A program made the translations under genes and the position numbers. A stretch of 64,000 nt of DNA from Myxococcota bacterium (GTDB taxonomy: Bacteria > Myxococcota > Myxococcia > Myxococcales > Myxococcaceae), in the NCBI GenBank assembly GCA_052034585.1, contig JBPOIJ010000034.1, forward strand, positions 19,797 through 83,796. Direction: 5' to 3'. Numbering within the stretch: position 1 is the first letter of the stretch; each line of letters starts with the position of its first letter. Positions 60,530 through 64,000 of this stretch are shown here, piece after piece. Below the pieces are notes generated by a model. It ran no database searches. It worked only from the letters and a program-made list of their open reading frames with translations, and was not told where the DNA came from.

Positions 60530-61198
60530 TCAGTCGATGACGAGCTTGAAGCCCACGCCCCGCACCGTCTTCAGCTCGAAGCCGTCGGCCTTCAGCTTCT
60601 TCTTGAGCGAGGAGACGAAGTTGTCGACGGTGTGCACGTCCACCACCACGTCGCCCCACACCCGGTCGAGCAGCTCGTCGCGCGAGAGCACGCTGCCCTT
60701 CGCGGAGAGGAGACAGACCAAGAGGTCGAACTCCTTGCGGGTGAGCGGCACCTCGCCCTTGGGGCCCTTCACCACCCGAGTCGCTTCGTCGATGGCGTAC
60801 GGCCCGAGCTGATGAGGGGCCGCCGTCGAGACCACCGCCCGTCGAGAGAGCGCGCCGATGCGAGCGAGCAGCTCCTTGAGTCGATACGGCTTGCCCACGT
60901 AGTCGTCGGCGCCGGCGTCGAAGCCCTTCACCACGTCGTCTTCCAACGTTCGCGCGGTCAGCATCAGCACCCGCGTCGGCGCACCCGAGCGCTTCACCTC
61001 GCGGCAGAGCTGGGAGCCGTCTCCGTCGGGCAGCATCAGGTCGAGCACCAACACGTCGGGCGTCGACTCCTTCAGCGCGGCGCGGGCCTCGGCCAGGGTG
61101 GCAGCCGTGCGCACGAGGTAGCGCTCGTCCTCGAGGGTCTCGGCGAGGGCCTCCCGCAGGTTCCGATCGTCCTCCACCAAGAGCACCTGCGCGGTCAT
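60530..61198 (-). CDS. OmpR-family response regulator
   Basis: 222 aa. VLLVEDD, VLVLDLMLPDGDG and VGKPY receiver motifs. Winged-helix C-terminus (VRGVGFKL). Confidence 0.9.
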   Translation of the reverse strand: MTAQVLLVEDDRNLREALAETLEDERYLVRTAATLAEARAALKESTPDVLVLDLMLPDGDGSQLCREVKRSGAPTRVLMLTARTLEDDVVKGFDAGADDYVGKPYRLKELLARIGALSRRAVVSTAAPHQLGPYAIDEATRVVKGPKGEVPLTRKEFDLLVCLLSAKGSVLSRDELLDRVWGDVVVDVHTVDNFVSSLKKKLKADGFELKTVRGVGFKLVID

Positions 61199-61205
61199 TC
61201 GTTCC

Positions 61206-61976
61206 TCAGAAGACGTCGAACCACGCCAGCACGAGCACCACCGCGGCGCTCCCGTAGAGCAAGAGGTAGCCGTTCACCTTCTTCGACAACAAGAAGACCA
61301 CCAGCACGCCGAGCACCAGCGACGAGCCCTCGAGCACGGGCTCCATCCACCCTCGGCCCTGGAGCCCGAAGCGCGCCGAGAGCCACGCCGCCGAGCCACC
61401 CGCCGCGCCCGCCGCCAGCACCCGCAGCCGCTGGTTCCACACCGGCACCCGCCAGGCCTTGATGCGCGCGACCAGGCCATCTCCGAGCGCGAAGCCCAGC
61501 CAGAAGAGCCGGAAGCGGGCGATGAAGTGCACCAGGTTGTAGGCCACGACGTAGAAGAGCACCGCCCACGGGCCGAGCAGCGGCACCAGCGCCACCGAGA
61601 GCGCGCCCACCGCCGGCCGAAGCGAGAGCCAGAAGAAGCCGTCACCCAGCGCCGCGAGCGGGCCCATCAGGAGCGACTTGAAGCGGTCGACCGAATCGGG
61701 TTCGAGCTCGGCGCGCGCGATGCGCTGCTCGATGGCCAGCACCCCGCCCACGATGGCCGCCGCGACGTAGGGGTGGGTGTTGAACGGCGAGAGGTGACGG
61801 CTGAAGGCGGCTCGGCGCTGCGTCTCGTCGGGGTAGAGCCGCTCGAGGGCCGGCGCCAACGCATAGAGGAAGCCGAGCGCCTGCATGCTCTCGGTCGAGA
61901 ACCCGGCCTGGAGGAACAAGCTGCGCCACGAGCAGCGGAGCAACGTCCACGTCGAGAGGGTCGCCTCAGCGCTCAT
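61206..61976 (-). CDS. PTS mannose/sorbose-family EIID-like membrane component
   Basis: 256 aa from MSAEATLS. The FNTHPY motif is characteristic of EIID-Man. ATGA overlap with the EIIC-like gene. Confidence 0.8.
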   Translation of the reverse strand: MSAEATLSTWTLLRCSWRSLFLQAGFSTESMQALGFLYALAPALERLYPDETQRRAAFSRHLSPFNTHPYVAAAIVGGVLAIEQRIARAELEPDSVDRFKSLLMGPLAALGDGFFWLSLRPAVGALSVALVPLLGPWAVLFYVVAYNLVHFIARFRLFWLGFALGDGLVARIKAWRVPVWNQRLRVLAAGAAGGSAAWLSARFGLQGRGWMEPVLEGSSLVLGVLVVFLLSKKVNGYLLLYGSAAVVLVLAWFDVF

Positions 61977-62674
61977 CGCGCCCTCAGGGTGAAGAAGGCG
62001 ACGATGGCGGCCACCACCACGGCGACGGCCGCAGCGACCCCCGGACGACCCTGGCCTCGGGCGAAGATGGCGAGGCCGGCAGCCACCATGCCGAGCACTG
62101 GATAGGCGAGCGCCAGCCCTCGCATCGACGCCAACGGCAGCTCCCCGACGACGAGGTGGAGGACGAGCGCCACCGGAACCGCGACCGCCGAGGCCAAGCC
62201 GTAGAAGACGAAGTGCGGCCACATCGCCTTCACGTTCTGCCACGCGATGCCCTCGATGCCGCCCGACGAGACCGCGCTCAACGCACGCCCGAAGTAGCGC
62301 CTGGCGCGCGAGTCGAGGCGCAGCTCCACCAGCCGGCCGACGATGCCTGCCGGTGCACAGAGGAGAATCGTCAGCGACCAGAGCGCAGGTGTCGACGGCG
62401 CGCCCATCGTGTGTCCGAGCGCGGTGGCGAGGGCGGTCGCGGTCACCGCAGGGAGCGTCTCGTGATCGGGGTGCGCGCCGCCGAGCGACGCCCCGCTGAG
62501 GTGGAAGAGCTCGAAGACGAGGCCGACCATCAGCCCTGCCTCGACGTCACCCAACATCACCGAGAGCCCCACCGCTGCCGGGAGTGGCCGGCTCACCGCC
62601 GCTTGAAGAAAGGCCCTCCGCTCGAGCGCGAGGAGCCCGCCCCACAGCCCGGTGATGAGCGCCGCAGCCAACAC
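61973..62674 (-). CDS. PTS mannose/sorbose-family EIIC-like membrane component
   Basis: 233 aa with GTG start. Polytopic, with FELFHL... and general EIIC-Man-like organisation. Immediately upstream of the EIID-like gene. Confidence 0.7.
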   Translation of the reverse strand: MLAAALITGLWGGLLALERRAFLQAAVSRPLPAAVGLSVMLGDVEAGLMVGLVFELFHLSGASLGGAHPDHETLPAVTATALATALGHTMGAPSTPALWSLTILLCAPAGIVGRLVELRLDSRARRYFGRALSAVSSGGIEGIAWQNVKAMWPHFVFYGLASAVAVPVALVLHLVVGELPLASMRGLALAYPVLGMVAAGLAIFARGQGRPGVAAAVAVVVAAIVAFFTLRAR

Positions 62675-62725
62675 GCCGTCATCCTGCTCGCCGAGCGCGG
62701 AGTCGTCGAGAATTCGAGGAGCGCG

Positions 62726-63673
62726 CTACTTCCCTTCGACGAAGAAGAGAATCACCGAGGTGATGGCCGCGGCTCCAGCGAGGCCGAACATCACGAACGC
62801 GCCGGTCTGGAGTCCCTGCACCAGCTTCACCGTGCCCACCGGCCGCTCCATGATGTGCGCGGCGTTGTCGGCGGCGATGGCGTACATGATGCCGCCGGCG
62901 ATGGCGGCCGCTCCCGCAGTGCCCGCCGCGACCCAGGTGAAGAGCCGCCCCTTCTTCACCGGCTCGGCCGGCTTCACGATGGTGCCGCCGGAGTTGCCCG
63001 TTCCACCGGTGTCCTTCGGAGTGAGCTTCGGGTCCTTCGGCGTGTCCTTCGGGGTGTCTTTCGGAGTGTCCTTCGGCGGGTCCTTCTTCGCTTCGATGGC
63101 GGGCGTCGCCGGCCGGAGGTTGATGGTCATCTCCGTCGCGCGCTGCACCTGCATCACGAAGGCACGCTCGGTCGTCTCGAAGCCCTCGGCCTTCACGGTG
63201 AGCTTGTGGTTGCCGGCGGTGAGCTCGACCGAGGCAGGCGAGTTGCCGAGCACCTTGCCGTCCACTTCGATGAGCGCGTTCGGCGGATCGGCGAAGACGA
63301 GCAGCTGCTGGAGCCCCTTCTCCTTGAGCCGGCGCTCGAGGTTCGCGATGGCGTCGTTGACGGTGTCCTTGTCCTTCGCGTCGGGCGCCATGCGGAGGTA
63401 GTCGCGGTACGCACGCAGCGCCTTGGGCACGTCGCCCAGCTGCTCGTGGCAGCGGCCGATGTTGTAGAAGAGCACCGCTGACGGCTTGATGGCGTAGGCC
63501 TCTTCGAACTTCACGATGGCGTCGGCGTAGCGCGCTTCCTTGTAGAGCTTCTGGGCCGCGAGGAAGGCCTCCTTGGCTCGCTGGGTGTCGTCAGCCACCG
63601 GCGCGGGCGGCGGCGTCTTCGGCTTCGCTGGAGCAGAGACCACCAACGCGATGCAGAGCGCGGGAACGATCAT
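62726..63673 (-). CDS. TPR + PEGA domain protein with C-terminal TM anchor
   Basis: 315 aa. A TPR-like pair (YADAIVKFEEAY...YNIGRCHEQLGD), a PEGA-type domain (ALIEVDGKVLGNSPASVELTAGNHKLTV), a (KDTP)n linker and a C-terminal TM segment. Confidence 0.8.
   Translation of the reverse strand: MIVPALCIALVVSAPAKPKTPPPAPVADDTQRAKEAFLAAQKLYKEARYADAIVKFEEAYAIKPSAVLFYNIGRCHEQLGDVPKALRAYRDYLRMAPDAKDKDTVNDAIANLERRLKEKGLQQLLVFADPPNALIEVDGKVLGNSPASVELTAGNHKLTVKAEGFETTERAFVMQVQRATEMTINLRPATPAIEAKKDPPKDTPKDTPKDTPKDPKLTPKDTGGTGNSGGTIVKPAEPVKKGRLFTWVAAGTAGAAAIAGGIMYAIAADNAAHIMERPVGTVKLVQGLQTGAFVMFGLAGAAAITSVILFFVEGK
63008..63085 (-). repeat. in-frame 12-nt tandem repeat (KDTP tetrapeptide)
   Basis: KDPPKDTPKDTPKDTPKDPKLTPKDT in the translation. 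gtgtccttcgg-type units are visible in the DNA. Confidence 0.8.
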
Positions 63674-63716
63674 GGTCGGGTCATCTCACGGAGTTCCGGC
63701 TCATGCCAGAACCTGC

Positions 63717-64000
63717 TCAATTCGAGTACGGGTCCTTGAGGTCTTCGGGCTGAGCGTAGGGGTCCTTGATCTCCGGTCCGGGTCCCGACGGCGGCTTGGA
63801 CGGCCCAGGGCCGGTTCCGCCACGCTTCTTCTCGAGCTCGATGGGCGGCCGCTGCGTTCCTGCCTCGGGCACCGCGATCTTCTTCGACAGGTCCTGGTAG
63901 CCCTTGAGCGCGAACTTGAGGTTCATGACGCTCTCGGGTTTGCGGTTGAGCTTGAGCGGGGTGATGCCCAGCGAGACCTCGTCCTCGAAGACCTCGGCCC
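63717..64000 (-). CDS. PEGA-domain protein, 5' end truncated by the window
   Basis: The reading frame stays open upstream of the track's Met 63926 (…VFEDEVSLGITPLKLNRKPESVMNLKFALKGYQDL, PEGA-like). Pro/Gly-rich C-terminus. Confidence 0.55.
   Translation of the reverse strand, partial: AEVFEDEVSLGITPLKLNRKPESVMNLKFALKGYQDLSKKIAVPEAGTQRPPIELEKKRGGTGPGPSKPPSGPGPEIKDPYAQPEDLKDPYSN

Overview
This is a high-GC (roughly 70% by eye) bacterial chromosomal segment. Its content looks Myxococcota-like: many lipobox lipoproteins with Gly-rich tethers, a kinase-like/FGE fusion, a serpin, and PEGA/TPR proteins. That taxonomic call is inference only. I recognised no rRNA, tRNA, CRISPR array, transposase or integrase. 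Many long ORFs in the track are antisense or alternate-frame shadows typical of high-GC DNA. I called genes from motifs, signal peptides, GC3-type codon usage and 4-nt ATGA/GTGA start/stop overlaps. Several starts were re-placed inside over-long track ORFs, and start coordinates are inferred and may be off.

Gene content, left to right:
- (1) A GT2 glycosyltransferase plus two coupled alpha/beta-hydrolase-fold proteins with non-canonical nucleophile elbows (0.1-3.0 kb).
- (2) A CzcCBA/CusCBA-type RND metal-efflux module with its two-component system (3.0-10.3 kb).
- (3) Two tandem paralogous Gly-repeat lipoproteins (10.5-13.6 kb).
- (4) A six-gene minus-strand cassette (14.1-21.8 kb): NadE-like PP-loop enzyme, AMP-ligase, NPPY methyltransferase, carrier protein, asparagine synthase, secreted hydrolase.
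- (5) SDR, di-haem peroxidase and assorted lipoproteins; a lipoprotein plus two duplicated hexapeptide acetyltransferases; WecG/TagA glycosyltransferase; polysaccharide deacetylase; an endostatin-like-domain lipoprotein (21.8-33.5 kb).
- (6) A run of 16 consecutive minus-strand genes (33.5-54.3 kb) encoding a polysaccharide assembly/export pathway. In order from the 54.3 kb end: GH44-like hydrolase, 57-aa membrane protein, PCP-Wzy fusion, PHPT, Wzx, a three-gene module, short OPX, beta-barrel, CheY, PCP, QxxRW GT2, a Walker-less P-loop stub, a 2OG oxygenase and a pseudokinase-FGE fusion. The three-gene module is a secreted protein, a tandem clavaminate-synthase-like dioxygenase and a radical SAM enzyme.
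- (7) CelD/FemAB-like acyltransferase plus ferredoxin, a serpin, a knottin-pattern mini-lipoprotein, an OmpR-type regulator coupled to PTS-Man IIC/IID, and TPR/PEGA proteins (54.4-64 kb).

The best candidates for something undescribed are:
- the dioxygenase/radical-SAM module embedded in the export operon;
- the carrier-protein amidation/methylation cassette;
- the PCP-Wzy fusion together with the degenerate kinase stub.
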